Shown piece after piece: positions 1 to 15,213 of a DNA stretch of 64,000 bases. The stretch is from assembly GCF_009914755.1 (NCBI RefSeq), contig NC_060929.1; one strand, 5' to 3'. The stretch is from the human T2T-CHM13v2.0 reference genome, Homo sapiens. Within the stretch, counting starts at the first letter, position 1. Every line of letters begins with the position of its first letter. The notes beneath the pieces are model-generated. The model did not search any database. It saw only the letters and a program-made list of their open reading frames with translations, and was not told the DNA's origin. Made by a program: the position numbers and the translations under genes.

Positions 1-969
1 CATTTCTGAGCCTGTTGAGGCCTAATGTGAAAAACCTAGTATGTCGTGATAAAAACTAGAAACAAGCTATCTGTGAAAATGCTTTGTGATGTGTGGATTC
101 CTCTCACAGAGTTAAACCTGTGTTTTGATTCACCAGGTTGGAAACACTTTTGTTGTAGAATCTACAAAAGGGACATTTCTGAGCCCATTGAGGGCTACAG
201 TGAAAAACAGAATATCCCGCGTTAAAAACTGGAAACAAGCTATGTTTGAAAAAGTTTTGTGATGAGTGGATTCATCTCACAGAATGGAACCTGAGTTTTG
301 ATTCACCAGGTTGTAAACACTCTTTTTGTAGAACCTACAAGGGATATTTCTGAGCCCAATGAGGCCAAATTGAAAACCCGAATATGCTGCGATTAAAATT
401 AGGAACAAGCTCTCTGTGAAAATGCTTTGAGTGTAGATTCATCCACAGAATGAAAACTGTGCTTTAATTCACTAGGGAGGAAATGTTTTTGTAGAATCTA
501 TGAAAAGACATTTGTGCACCCACTGAGGCCTACAGTGAAATCCCAAATATTCCACAATCAAAACTAGAAACAAGCTCTCTGTGAAAACTTTTTATGATGT
601 GAATATTCATCTCACAGAAAGGAACCTGTGTTTTGATTTACCAGGTTGTTAACAGTAATTTTGTAGAATCTATGAAAAGACATTTCTGAGCCCACTGAGG
701 CTTATATTGAAAAACAGAATATCCCATGATTAAAACTAGAAACAAGGTATCTGTGAAAATGCTTTCTGATGTCTGAATTCATTGCACAGAACATACCTAT
801 GTACCGATTCACAACATTAAAAACTCTTTTTGTAGTATCTATGAAGGGACATTTCTGAGCCCATTGAAGCCTATAGTAAAAAACCAAATATCCTGCGATA
901 AATATTATAACAAACTACCTGTTAACATGCTTTGTGATGTGTAAATTCATATCACAGAATGAAACCTGC

Positions 970-1427
<458 letters not shown>

Positions 1428-4400
1428 TCATCTCACAGAATGGAACCTGTGTTTTGATACACCAGGTTGGAAACACTCTTTCTGTAGAATCAACGAAGGG
1501 ACATTTCTGAGCCCATTGATCCCCATACTGAAAAAGTGAATATTTTGCAATAAAAACTAGAAACAAGCTACCTGTAAAAATACTGTGTAATGTGTGTACT
1601 CGTCTCACAGAATGGAACCTGGATCATTCACTAGGTTGGAAACACTCTTTTTATAGAATCTACAAAGGGATATTTCCGAGCCCTTTGAAGCCCATAGTGA
1701 AAAACTGAATATCCCTGGATAAAAAATATAAACAAGTGATCTGTGTAACTGCTTTGTAATGTGTGGATTTTTCTCACAGAATTGAACCTGTGTTTTGATT
1801 CACCAGGTTGTAAACCCTATTTAGAACTTACTAAGAGACATTTCTGATCCAATTGAAGCCAAGAGTGAAAAACCGATTATCCTTCGACAAAAACTATAAA
1901 CAAGAAATCTGTGTAAGTGCTTTGTGATGTGTGAATTCATCTCACAGAATGGAACCTGTATTTGATTCAAAAGGATGGGAACTCTCTTTTTGTACAATCT
2001 ACTAAAGGACATTTCTGAGCAAATTGAAGCCCATATTTAAAAATCAAATAACCCACCACAAAAACTAGAAACAGGCTATCAGTGAAAATGCTTTGTTATG
2101 TGTGGATTCCTCTCACAGAATGGAACCTGTGTATTGTTTCACCCCGTTGGAAACACTCTTTTTGTAGAATATATGAAGGGACATTTCTGAGCCCACTGAA
2201 GCCTATAGTGAAAAACCAAATATCCCATGATAAAAAGTGGAAACAAGCTGTCTGTGAAAATGCTTTATAATGTGTGGATTCATCTCACAGAATGGAATCT
2301 GTGCTTTGATTTGCCAGGTTGGAAACGCTCTTTTTGTAGAATCTATGAAGGGATATTTTTGAGCCCAGCCAAATATCCCATGATAAAAAGTGGAAACAAG
2401 CTATCTGTGAACATGTTTTGTGATGTTTGGATTTATCTCAGAGAGTAAAATCTGTGTCTTGATTCATCAGGTTGGAAACACTCTTTTTAAAAATCTACAA
2501 AGGGACATTTCTGAGCCTATTGTAGTGTATAGTGAAAAATCAAATATCACAACATAAAAATCTATAAACAAGCTCTCTGTGAGAATGCCTTTTGATGTGT
2601 GGATTCATATCACAGAATGGAACCATTGTTTTTATTCACCAGGCTAGACACATTCCTGTAGTAGGTTCTAGGAAGGGACATTACTGAGCCCATTGAAGCC
2701 TATTGTGAAAAACCAAATATTCCGTGATAAAAATTAGAAACAGACTATCTGTGAAAATGCTTTGTGATGTGTAAATTTATCTCACAAAATAGAACCTGTG
2801 TTTGGATTCACTAGGTTAGAAACCCTCTTTTTGTAGAATCTACAAAGGAACATGTCTGAGCCCAATTAGACCTTTACTGAAAGCCAGAATGTCCCACAAT
2901 TAAAACTACAAACAAGCTATCTGTAAAATGCTTTGTGATGTGTGGATTCACCTCACAGAATGGAACCTGTGATTTGATTCCCTAGGTTGGAAACATTCTT
3001 TTTGTAGAATCTATGAGGAGAATTTTTGAGCCCAGTGATGTCTTTACTGAAAACCTGTATATCCAATGATGAGAACTAGAAATAAACTATCTGTGAAAAT
3101 GCTTTGTGATGTGTGGATTTATCTCACAGAATGGAACTTGTGTTTTGATTCACCGGGTAGGAAACACTCTGTTTGTAGAATCTATGAAGGGGTATTTCTG
3201 AGCTTTTTGAGGCCTATAGTGAAAAACTGAATATCCCCGATTAAAACTAGAAACAAGCTATCTGTAAAATGCTTTGAGATGTGTGGATTCATCTCACAGA
3301 ATGGAACTTGTGTTTTAATTCACCAGGTTGGAAACATTCTTTTTGCAGAATCTACAAAGGGACATATCTGAGTCCTTTTAGGCCAATAGTGAAAAATGGA
3401 ATATAACCGATAAAAGCTAGAAACAATATACCTGTGAAAATGCTTTGTGATGTGTGGATTTATCTCACAGAATGCAAACTGTGTTTTAATTTACCAGGAT
3501 GCACACACTGTTTTGTATAATCTACAAAGGACATTTCTGAGCCGAATGTGGCCTATAGTGACAATCCGAATATACCACAATTAAAACCAGAAACAGGCTA
3601 TCTTTGTAAATGCTTTGTGATATTTGGATTCATTTCACAGACTTAAACCTGTGTTTTGATTCACCATGTTAGAAAGACTTTTTTTGTAGAATCTATGAAG
3701 GGACATTTCTGAGCCCTATGAAGATTATAGTAAAAACCAAATATCACACGATAATAACTAGAAACAAACTATTTATGATAATGCTTGTGATGTGTGGATT
3801 CATCTCACAGAATGGAACCTGTGTTTTCATTCACCAAGTTGCAAACCCTCTTTTTGTAGAATCTTAATCCAGTGAGGCCTATTCTGAAAGTAGGAATATC
3901 CTGAGATAAAAATTAGAGAGTATCTATCTGTAAAAATGCTTTGCGATATGTGAATTGCTTTCACTGAGTTAAATTTGTGTTTTGATTCACTACGTTGGAA
4001 ACACTTCTGTTGTAGAATCAATAAATGGAAATTTCTGAGCCTACAGAGGTCTACAATGAAAAACAGAATATCCCGTGATAACAACTAGAAATAACTATGT
4101 ATGAAAAAGCTTTGTGATGAGTGGATTCATCTCACAGAAGGAAACCTGTGTTTTGATTCATTAGGTTGGAAACAGTCTTTTGGTAAAATCTACTAAGGGA
4201 TATTTCTAAGCCCACTGATGTGCATAAGATGAAATTGAATATCCCACAAAAAACAAAAAACAAAAAAAACTAGAAACAAGGTATCTAAGAAAATGCTTTG
4301 GGATGTGTGGATTCTTTTAACAGAATGAAACGTGTGTTTTGATTCTCCATGCTGAACACACGCCTTTTGTAGAATCAATGAAAAGACATTTCTGAGTCCA

Positions 4401-5704
4401 TTGCAGTTTATAGTGGAAAACTGAGTATTCCATCAAAAAACTAGAAACAGGCCATCTGTGAAAATGCTTTGTGATATGTGGATGCATTTCACAGGATGGA
4501 CCCTTTGTTCTGATTCACCAGAGCGGACACACAGTTTTTGTAGAATCTACAATGGGACATTTCTTAGTACCTTGAGGCCCATTGTAAGAAACTGAATATC
4601 CAGCGATAAAAACTAGAAACAAGTTATCTGTGAAAATGGTTCATCATATGAGGATTTATCTCACACAATGGAACCAGTGTTTTGATGCATCACGTTGGAA
4701 ACACTCTTTTTGTAGAATCTATGAGGGTACATTTCTGAGCCCATTGAAGCCTATAGTGAAAAATGGAATATCTCACGATAAAAATTAGAAAGAAGCTACC
4801 TGTGAAAATGCTTGTTATGTGTGGATTCATCTCACAGAATGGAACCTGTGTTTTGATTCTCCAGTTTGGAAACACACTTTTGTAGAATCTACGAAAAGAT
4901 TTCTGAGGACACTGAGGTATATAGTGAAAAACCCAGTATCCCTGGATAAAAACTAGAAACACGCTATGTTTGAAAAAGATTTGTGATGAGTAGATTCATC
5001 TCACAGAATGGAACCTGTGTTTTGATTTATCAGGATAAAAATATTCTTTTTGTAGTATCTACAAAAATACATTTCTGAGCAAATTGTAACTCATATTTAA
5101 AAACCAAATATCCCCTTATAAAAACTAGAAATGAGATCTGTGAAACCGCTTTGTACCGTGTGGGTTCATCTCACAGAATGGAAACTGTGTTTTGATTAAC
5201 CAGGTTGGAAACACTCTTTTTGTAGAATATACGAAGGGACATTTCTGAGCCCTTTGAAAGCTGTAGTGAAAAACCCAACATCATGCGATAAACTAGAACC
5301 AAGCTGTCTGTGAAAATGCTTTGTAATGTGTGGATTTATCTCACAGAATAGAACCTGTGTTTTCATTCACCAGGTTAGAAACCCTCCTTTTGAAGATTGT
5401 ATGAAGAGAAATTTCTGAGCCCATTGAAGCCTGTATTGAAAAACAGAATATCAAGTGATAAAAACTAGAAACATGCTACTTGAGAAAAGGCCTTTTGATG
5501 TGTGGATTCATCTCATAGAATGGAACTTGTGTTTGATTCTCTAGGTTGGAAACACTCTTTTTTAGTACCTGCAAAGGGACATTTCTGAGCCCATTAAGGT
5601 CTACAGTGAAAAACCGAATGCCATGCAATAAAAACTTGAAAGAAGCTATTTGTGGGAATGCTTTGTGATGTGTGTGTTCATCTCATGGAATAAAATCTGT
5701 GTTT

Positions 5705-7138
5705 ATCTACATTAGATATTTCTCCTAATGCTATCCCTCCCCTAGACCGCCACCCTCTGACAGGCCCTGGTGTGTGATGTTCCCCTACCTGTGTCCATGT
5801 GTTCTCATTGTTCAACTCCCACTTATGAGTAAGAACATGTGGTGTTTGATTTTCTCTTCCTATGTTAGTTTGTTCAGAATGATGGTTTCCAGCTTCATCC
5901 GTGTCCCTGCAAAGGACATGAACTCATCCTTTTTTATGGCTGCATAGTATTCTGTGTTGTATACATGCCACATTTTCTTTATCCAGTGTATCATTGATGG
6001 ACAATTGGGTTGGTTCCAAGTCTTTGCTATTGTGAATAGTACTGCAATAAATATATGTGTGCATGTGTCTTTATAGTAGAATGATTTGTAATCCTTTGGG
6101 TATATACCCAGTAATGGGATTGCTGGGTCAAATGGTATTTCTTGTTCTAGATCCTTGAGGAATTGCCACACTGTCTTCCACAATGGTTGAACTAATTTAC
6201 ACTCCCACCAACAGTGTAAAAGTGCTCCTATTTCTCCACATCCTCTCCAGTATCTGTTGTTTCCTGACATTTTAATGATCGCCTTTCTAACTGGCATAAG
6301 ATGGTATCTCATTTGGGTTTTGATTTGCATTTCTCTAGTGACGAGTGATGATGAGCTTTTTTTTCATATGTTTGTTGGCCACATAGATGTCTTCTTTTGA
6401 GAAGTGTCTGTTCATATCCTTCACCTACTTTTTGATGGGGTTGTTTGTTTTTTTTCTTGTAAATTTGTTTAAGTTCTTTGTAGATCTGGATATTAGCCCT
6501 TTGTCAGATGGATAGATTGCAAACATTTTCTTCCATTCTCTAGGTTGCCTGTTCACTCTGATGATAGATTCTTTTGCTGGGCAGAAGCTCTTTAGTTTAA
6601 TTAGGTCCCAGTTGTCAATTTTCGCTTTTGTTGCTTTTGGTTTTTTAGTCATGAAATCTTTGCCCATGCCTATGTCCTAAATGGTGTTGCCTAGGTTTTC
6701 TTATACGGTTTTTATGGTTTTAGGTCTTATGTTTAAGTCTTTAATCCATCTTGCGTTCATTTTTGTATCAGGTGTAAGGAAGGGGTCCAGTTTCAGTTTT
6801 CTGCATATGGCTAGCCAGTTTTCCCAGCACCAAGTACTAAATAGGGAATCCTTTCCCTAATGCTTATTTTTATCAGATTTCTGAAAGATCCAATGGTTGT
6901 GGATGTGTGGTGTTCTTTTTGAGGCCTCTGTTCTATTCCATTGGTCTATATATCTGTTTTGGTACTAGTACCATCCTGTTTTGGTTACTGTAGCCTTGTA
7001 GAATAGTTTGAAGTCAGGTAGCATGATGCCTCCAGCTTTATACTTTTGCTAAGGATTGCCTTGGCTATACAGGCTCTTTTTTGGTTCCATATGAAATTTA
7101 AAGTAGTTTTTTTCTAATTCTGTGAAGAACATCAATGG
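5705..7138 (-). mobile_element. L1PA7/8-like LINE-1 3' fragment (ORF2 C-terminus + 3'UTR) in alpha satellite, lacking terminal ~100 bp and poly-A
   Basis: ORFs 5860-6330 and 6425-6667 translate to L1 ORF2p C-terminal sequence ([34 protein letters not shown]); 3'UTR begins abruptly at atctacattagatatttctcc. Confidence 0.92.
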
Positions 7139-10100
7139 GAACCTGTATTTTGATTCACCAGCTTTGAAACACTCTTTCTGTAGAATCTATGAGGTGACTT
7201 TCTGAGCCCATTAAAGCCTATTGTGAGAACAAGAATGTCCCACAATTAATACTAGAAACACAATATTTATGTAAAAGATTTGTAATGTTTGGATTATTCT
7301 TCCAGAGTTAAACCTGTGTTTTGGTTTACCAGTTTAGAAAGACTCTTTTCGTATAATCCACAAAGAAACATTTCTGAGTACTTGAAGCCCATAGTGAAAA
7401 ACCGAATATTGCGCAATAACAACTAGAAACAATTGTGAAATCTGTGAAAATGCTTTTTGATGTGTTGATTCATATCACAGAATGGAACCTGTGTTTTGAT
7501 TCACCAGATTGGAAACACTTTTTTGTAGAATCTCCGTAGGGTCACTTTTCAGCCCAATGAGGTCTTTATGGAAAACCTGAATATCCAACGATTAAAACTA
7601 GAAACAAGATATCTGTGAAAATGCTTTGTGATAAGTGTATTCATCTCACAGAATGGAACAGGAGTTTTGATTGGTCAGGTTGGAAACACTCGTTTTGTAG
7701 AATCTACAAAAGGACATTTCTGAGCCCAGTAAAGCCTGTCCTGAAAAACCGAATATCCCACAATAAAAATTAGAAACAAACTGTCTGTGAAAATGCTTTG
7801 TGATCTGTGGATTCATCTCACAGAATGGAACCAGTGTTTTAATTCAACAGTTTGGAACCACTACTTTGTAGAATCTACAACGTGACATTTCTGAACTTAT
7901 TTAAGCCTAGAGTGAAAACCTGAATATCCCATATTAAAAAATAGATACAAACTATTTTTGAAGATTACTTGTGTTGTACTGATTTTTCTCAAAGAATGGA
8001 AACTGTGTTTTGATTCACCAGGTTGAAAACACTCTTTTGGTAGAATGTACAAAGGGACATTTCTGACCCCTGTAATACCTGTATTAAAAAACCAAATATC
8101 CTGAGATAAAAACTAGAAACAAGCTATCTGTTAAAATGCTTTTTGATGTGTGGATCCATCTCAGAGAGTTATACTTGTGTTTTGCTACACCAGGCTTGAA
8201 ACACTCTTTTTTGCAGTATCTATGAGAGGATATTTCTGAGCCCATTAAAGCCTATTGTGAAAAACCGAATATCCCGTGATGAAAAGTAGAAACAAGCTAT
8301 CTGTGAAAGTGTTTTGTGATTGGTGGATTCATCTCGCAGAATTGAACCTGTATTTTGATTCACCATGTTGGAAAAACTCTTTTTGTGCAATCTACAAAGG
8401 AATATTTCCAAGGTTTTTGTGGCTAATAGTGAAAAACCGAATATCCTGTGATAAATACCAGAAACAAGCTATTTGTGAAAATGCTTAGAGAAATGTAGAT
8501 TCATCTCACCAAATGGAATTTGTGCATTGATTCACCAAGTTGGAAAGTCTCTTTTTGTAGAATCTGTGAAGGGACATTTCTGAGCCCAATGAGGCTTATA
8601 CTAAAAACCCAAATACTTTACCATTAAAACTAATAATAAGCTATCTGTGAAAACGCTTTGTGATGTGTGGATTCTTCTCACAGAATACAACCTGTGTGTT
8701 ATTGACCAGGTTGGAAATACTCTTTTTGTAGAACCTATGAACGAGCGTTTCTGTTTCCATTGACACCTATAAGGAAGAACTGAATATCCTGCTATTAAAA
8801 CTAGAAAAAAACTACCTTTGAAAATGCTTTGTGATGTAGACTCATTTCACAGACTTAAATTTGTGTTTTCATTCAGCAGGTTGAAAACACTCTGTAGAAT
8901 CAATGAAGAGAAATTTCTGACCCCATTGAGGCCTATAGTGGAAAACAGAATATCCCCAATGAAAACTAGAAACAAGCTACTGTGAAAATGCTTTGTGATG
9001 TGTGGATTCATCTCTCAGAATGTAACCCATTTTTTTTTCACCAGGGTGGAAACAATTTTTTTGTAGAATCTACAAATGCACATTTCTGAGCCAATTGAGA
9101 CCTATAGTGAAAAACCGAATATCCCGCAATAAATACTAGAAACGAGCTATCTATGAAATGTGTCATGATACGTGGATTCATCTCAAAGAATGGAACTTGT
9201 TTTGTGATTCACCAAATTGGAACCACTCTTTCTGTAGAATCTACAAGAAACATTTCTGAGTTCATTGAAGCCTATAGTGAAAAACAGAATATCTCAAGAT
9301 AAAATGTAAAAACAAGCTATTACAATTATTCATAATGTGTGGATTTATCTTACAGAATGGAACCTGTGTTTCAATTTATCAGGTTGGAAACACTCTTTTT
9401 GTAGAATCCAAGAAGGGACATTTCCGAGCCCTTTGAAGTATATAGTGGAAAACAGAATACCCCACGATAAAACTAGAAACAAGCTGTCTGTGAAAATGAT
9501 TTGTGACATATGGATTCATCACACAGAGTTAAACCTGTGTTTTGATTTATCCGGTTGGAAATACTCTTATTGTAGAATCTAAGAGGGAAAATTTTTAGCC
9601 TATTTAAGTTTACATTGCAAATGTCCCACAATAAAAACAAGAAAAAAAGCTATCTGTGAAAATGCTTCGTGGTGTGTGAATTCTTCTAACTGGAACCTGT
9701 GTTTTTATTGACCAGTTTGGAACACTCTTTTTGTGATATATATGCAGAGTCATTGTTGTAGTTATTGAAGCCTGTAAAGTAAAACAAAAATATCCTGCCA
9801 TAAAAACTATAAAAAAAGCTATCTGTCAAAATGCTTTCTGATATGAGATTCATCTCACAGAATAGAACCTGTGTTTTCATTCACCAAGTTAGAAACACTG
9901 TATGTGTAGTATACATGAAAGGACATTTCTGAACCCATTGAGGCCTATACTGCAAAACCGAATATCCCGTGATAAAAAATGGAAACAAACTATCTGTGAA
10001 AATGCTGTGTGATGTATGGATTCACCTCACAGAGTTAAACCTGTGTTTCATTTACCAGCTTGAAAGGGCTTATTTTGTAGCATGTATGAAGGGACATTTC

Positions 10101-13100
10101 TGAGCCCATTGAAGCCTACAGTGAAAAACCGAATATCCTGCAATGAAATGTAGAAACAAGCTATCAATGAAAATGCTCTGTGCTTTGTGGATTCATCTCA
10201 CAGACTGGAAACTGTTTTGATTCACCAGGTTGGAAACACTCTTTTGGTCAAACTACGAAGGGATAATTCTGAGCTTATTGAGGCCAATAATGAAAAACTG
10301 TATATCACGTGCAAAGAACTAGAAACAAGCTATTTGTGAAAATGCTTTGTAATATGTGAATCCATTTCACAGAATTAAACTTGTGTTTTGATTCACCAGG
10401 TTGGAAACAATGATGTGTGGATTCTTCCTACAGAATGGATCCTATGTTTTGAATCACCAGGTTGGAAACAGTTTTTTTTTGTAGTATATACAAAAAGACA
10501 TTTCTGTTCCATTGAAACCTATAGTGAAAAAACCAATATCCCACGATAAAAACTAGAAACAAGCTATCTGTCAAAATGTTTTGTAATGTGTGGGTTCATC
10601 TCACAGAATGGAGCCTGTGCCTTGATTCACGAGGTTGGAAACACTCTTTAGGTAGTGTATACGAAAAGTACGAAAAGACATTTCTGAGCCCGTGGAAGCC
10701 TACAGTGAGAAACCAAACATCCAGCGATAAAAACTAGAAACAAGCCATGTTTGAAAATACTTTGTGATGTATGGATTCATCTTACAGAGCTAAACTTGTG
10801 TTTTGTTTTACCAAGTTAGAAAAACTCTTTTTGTAGAATTTTCCAAAAAATTTCTGAGGTCATTGAAGTCTATAGTGATAAACTGAATATCTAGTGATAA
10901 AAAGTAGTAACAAGCTGTCTGTGAAAATACTTTGTGTGGTGTTAATTCATCTCACAGAATGAAAACTGTGTTTCAATTCACTAGTTTGGAAACAATCTTT
11001 TTGTAGTATCTCCAGAGTAACATTTCTGAGCCCATTGTGGCCTGTAGTGGAAAACTGAATATCCCACGATAAAAACAAACAAAAAAGGGGATCTGTGAAA
11101 ATGTTTTGTGATGTGTGGATTCATCTCACAGAATGGAAACCGTGTTTGATTCACCAGGTTGGAAACACATTTTTTGTAGAATCTACAAAGGGACATTTCT
11201 GAGACCACTGGGGCCTATAGTGAAAAACTAAATATCCCACACCAAAAACTAGAAACAAGCTATCTGTGAAAATGTTTTGTGATAAATGGATTCATCTCAC
11301 AGAGTTAATCCTTTGTTTTGATTCAACACGTTAGAAATACTCTTTTTTAGTACATACAAAGGGACATTCCTCTTCCCATTGACGCCTATAAGGTAAAATC
11401 AAATATCACACCATGCAAACTAGAAACAAGCTATCTGTCAATATGTTTTGTGATGTGTGGACTCATCTAATAGAATGAAACCTGTGTTTTGATTCTCCAC
11501 ATTGGAAATACTCTTTATGTAGTATATACGAAGGGACATTTTTTAGCACATTGAAGCCTGTAATGAAAATCTGAATGGAACCTGTGTTTTGATTACACAG
11601 GTTGTAATTATGCTTTATGTACTATATACAAAGGGATATTCCTGAGCCCTTTGGAGCCTATAGTGAAAACCCAAATATCCCATGATATAAACCAGAAACA
11701 AACTATCTGTGAAAATGTTTTGTGATGTATGAATTTATCTCACAGAGCTAAACCTGTGTTTTAATTCAAAAGGTTAAAAACACTTTTTGTAGAATCTACA
11801 GAGGGACATTTCTGGCTCATTGAAGTCTAGAGTGAAAGACAGAATATCCCATGACAAACACTAGAAAAAAGCTCTCTGTGAAAATGTTTTGTGCTCTGTG
11901 GTTTCATCTCACAGAATGGAAACTCTTTTGATTCACAACGTTGGAAAGATTCTTTTCATAAAATCTATGAAGAGACATTTCTGAGCCCACTGAGGCCTGC
12001 AGTGAAAAACTGTATATCCCTCAATAAAAACTAGAAACAAGCTACCTGTGAAAATGCTTGGTGGAGTGTGAATTCTACTCACAGAATGGAACCAGTGTTT
12101 TCATCCACCAAGTTGGAAAGAATCATTTTGTGGCATATATGAAGGGACATTACTGTTCCCTTTGAATCCTATAATGTGAAACTGAATATCCCATGATAAA
12201 AACTAGAAACAAGCTGTCTGTGAAAATGCTTTGCGATGTGTGGATTCAACTCACAGAATGGAAACTGTGTTTGATTCACCATGTTGGAAATACTCTTTAT
12301 GTAGTATATAAGAAGAAAAATTGCTGAGCCCTTTGAAGCCTGTAGTGAAAAACCGAATATGCTGCAATAAAAACTGGAAACAAGCTATCTGTGAAAATGT
12401 TTTGTGATGTATGGATTCATCTCACTGAGCTAAACCTGTGTTTTGATTCACCAGGTTGGAAACACTGTTTCTCGCATATACGAGGAGATATTTCTGTTTC
12501 CATTGAAGCCTATTGTGAAAAACCAAACATCCCATGATAAAAACTAGATAAAAAGCTATCTGTCAAAATGCTTTGGAATGTGTAGATTCATCTCACAGAA
12601 TGGAAACTGAGTCTAGATTCACAATGTTGGAAACACCCGTTATGTGGTATGTACAAAGGGTCACTTCTGAGCCCTATGAAGCCTATAGTGAAAAATCGAA
12701 TATCCTGAGATTAAAAACTATAAACAAGCTATCTTCAAAAATGTTTTGTAATGTATGGATTCATCTCAGAGCTAAACCTGTGTTTTGATTTATCAGGTTA
12801 CAAATACTCCTTTTGTATAATCTGCAAGAGGACATTCCTGAGCTCACTGAAGTCTATAGTGAAATACAGAATATTGTGCAACAAAAACTAGAAACAAGCT
12901 CTGTGTAAAAATGCTTTGTGCTGTGTGGTTTTATCTCACAGAATGAAAACTGTCCTTTGATTCACCACGTTGGAAATACTCTTGGAAAAAAAAAAAAATG
13001 AAGGGACATTTCCGAGCCCATTGAGAACTATAGTTAAAAACCATATATCCTGTGACAAAAACTAAAAACTAGCTACCTATAAAAATGCATTGTGATATGT

Positions 13101-15213
13101 GGATGCTTCCCACAGAAGGAAACCTGTGTTTTTATTCACCAGGTTAGAAACACGCTTTTTGTAGTATGTATGAAGTGACAATTCTATTCCCTTTGAAGCC
13201 TATAATGTGAAAACAAATACGCCATGAAAAAAATCTAAAAACAAGCTATCTGTGAAAATACTTTGTGATGTGTGGATTTATCTCACAAAGCTAAATTTGT
13301 GTTTTTATTTACCAGGTTAGAAACACTCTTTTGGTAGAATCTTAACAAAAGACGTTTCTTAGCTTTCATAGTGAGTAACCTAATATGCCATGATAAAAAC
13401 AGGAAACAAGCTATCCTTGAAAATGCTTTGTGATGTATGGATTCAACCCACAGAATGGAAACTCTGTTTGATTCACCATGCTGGAATTTCTCTTTAAGTA
13501 GTATATACGAAGAAACATTTCTGAGCCATTTGAAGACTATAGGAAAATCAGAATATCCTGTGATAAAAACTAGAAACAAACAATCTGTGAAAATGTTTTG
13601 TGATGTGTGGATTCATCTTAAAGAGCTAAATCTGTGTTTTGATTCACCAGTTTGGAAACACTGTTTGTAGTAGATACGAAGAGACAGTTCTGTTTCCATT
13701 GAAGCCTATAGTGAAAAACCGAATATGCCGCCCTAAAAATGAGAAGCATGCTGTCTCTCAAAATTCTGTGTGATGTGTGAATTCGTCGCACAGCATGGAA
13801 ACAGTATTTTGATTCACCAGCTTGGAAATACTCTTTATGTAGTATATATGTTGAAAAATTTCTGAGACTTTTGAAGTCTATACTAAAAAATTGAATATCA
13901 CGTGATAAAAACTAGAATCAAACTATCTGTGAAAATGCTTTGTTAAGTGTGGATTCACCTCAGAAAGCTCAAACTAGGTTTTCATTTACCAGGTTAGAAA
14001 CCCTCTTTTTGTAGAATCTACCAACATACATTTCTGAGCTCATTGAAGTCTTTAGTGAAAAACCAAAAAAACTGCAATTAAAAACCAGAAACAAGCTATC
14101 TGTGATAATGCTTTGTGATGTATAGATTCATCTCACAGAATAGAATCTGTTTTTAGATTCAGCACGTTGGAAACACTCTTTTTATTGCATATATGAAGAG
14201 ACATGACTAAGTCCGTTGAAGCTTATAGTGAAAAACTCAATATTCTGAAATAAAAACAACAAAACAAGCTATCTATGAAAATGCTTTCTGATGTGCAGAT
14301 TCTTCTCACAGAATGAAACCTGATTTGGTTCAACAGGTTGGAAACACATTTTTTGTAGTATATATGAAGGGACGTTTCTGTTTCCATTGAAGCCTGAAGT
14401 GAAAAACCAAATATCCTGTGAAAAAAACTAGAAACAAGCTATCTGTGAAAATGCTTTGTGATATGTGGCTTCATCTCACTGAGTTAAACCTGTGTTTTGA
14501 TTCGTTAGGTTGGAAATACTCTTTATGTAGTATATACAACGTAAAATTTCTGAGCCCTTTGTAGTCTATAGTATAAAATCAAATATCACACGATAAAAAC
14601 TAGAAACAGGCTATCTCTGAAAATGCTTTGTGATGTGTGGATTCATCTTAGAAAGCTAATACTGGGTTTTCATTTAACAGGTTAGAGACACTCTTTTTGT
14701 AGAATCTACCAACATACATTTCTGAGCTCACTGAAGTCTTTAGTGAAAAACTGAATACACCGCAATAAAAACTAGAAACAAGCTATATGTGAAAATGCTT
14801 TGTGATGTGTGGATACTTCTCACAGAATGGAACCTGTATTTTTATTCAACAGGTTGGAAACACTCTGCATGTAGTATACATGAGGACACATTCTGAACCC
14901 ATTGAATACTATATTGAAAAAATAAATATCCTGTGATTAAAACTATAAACAAGGTATAAGTGAAATTTTTTGTGATGTAATAATTCATCTCACAGAACCA
15001 ATCCCGTATTGTGATTTACCAGGTTAGAATCATTCTTTTTGTAGAATCTACAAAGGGACATTTCAGTGCTCTATTAAGTCTATAGTGAAAAACCAAATGT
15101 CCCACAATAAATACCAGAAATAAGCTATCTGTGAAAATGCTTCATGATGTGTGGATTCATCTCACAAAATGAAAACTGTGTTTTGATTCACTACACTGGA
15201 AACAATCTTTTTG

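Noticed and set aside
4691-4707. cacgttggaaacac resembling a CENP-B box (also near 2142, 3992, 14164)
   Set aside because: Lacks the required TTCG and CGGG core nucleotides and lies at a different monomer position from the true box.
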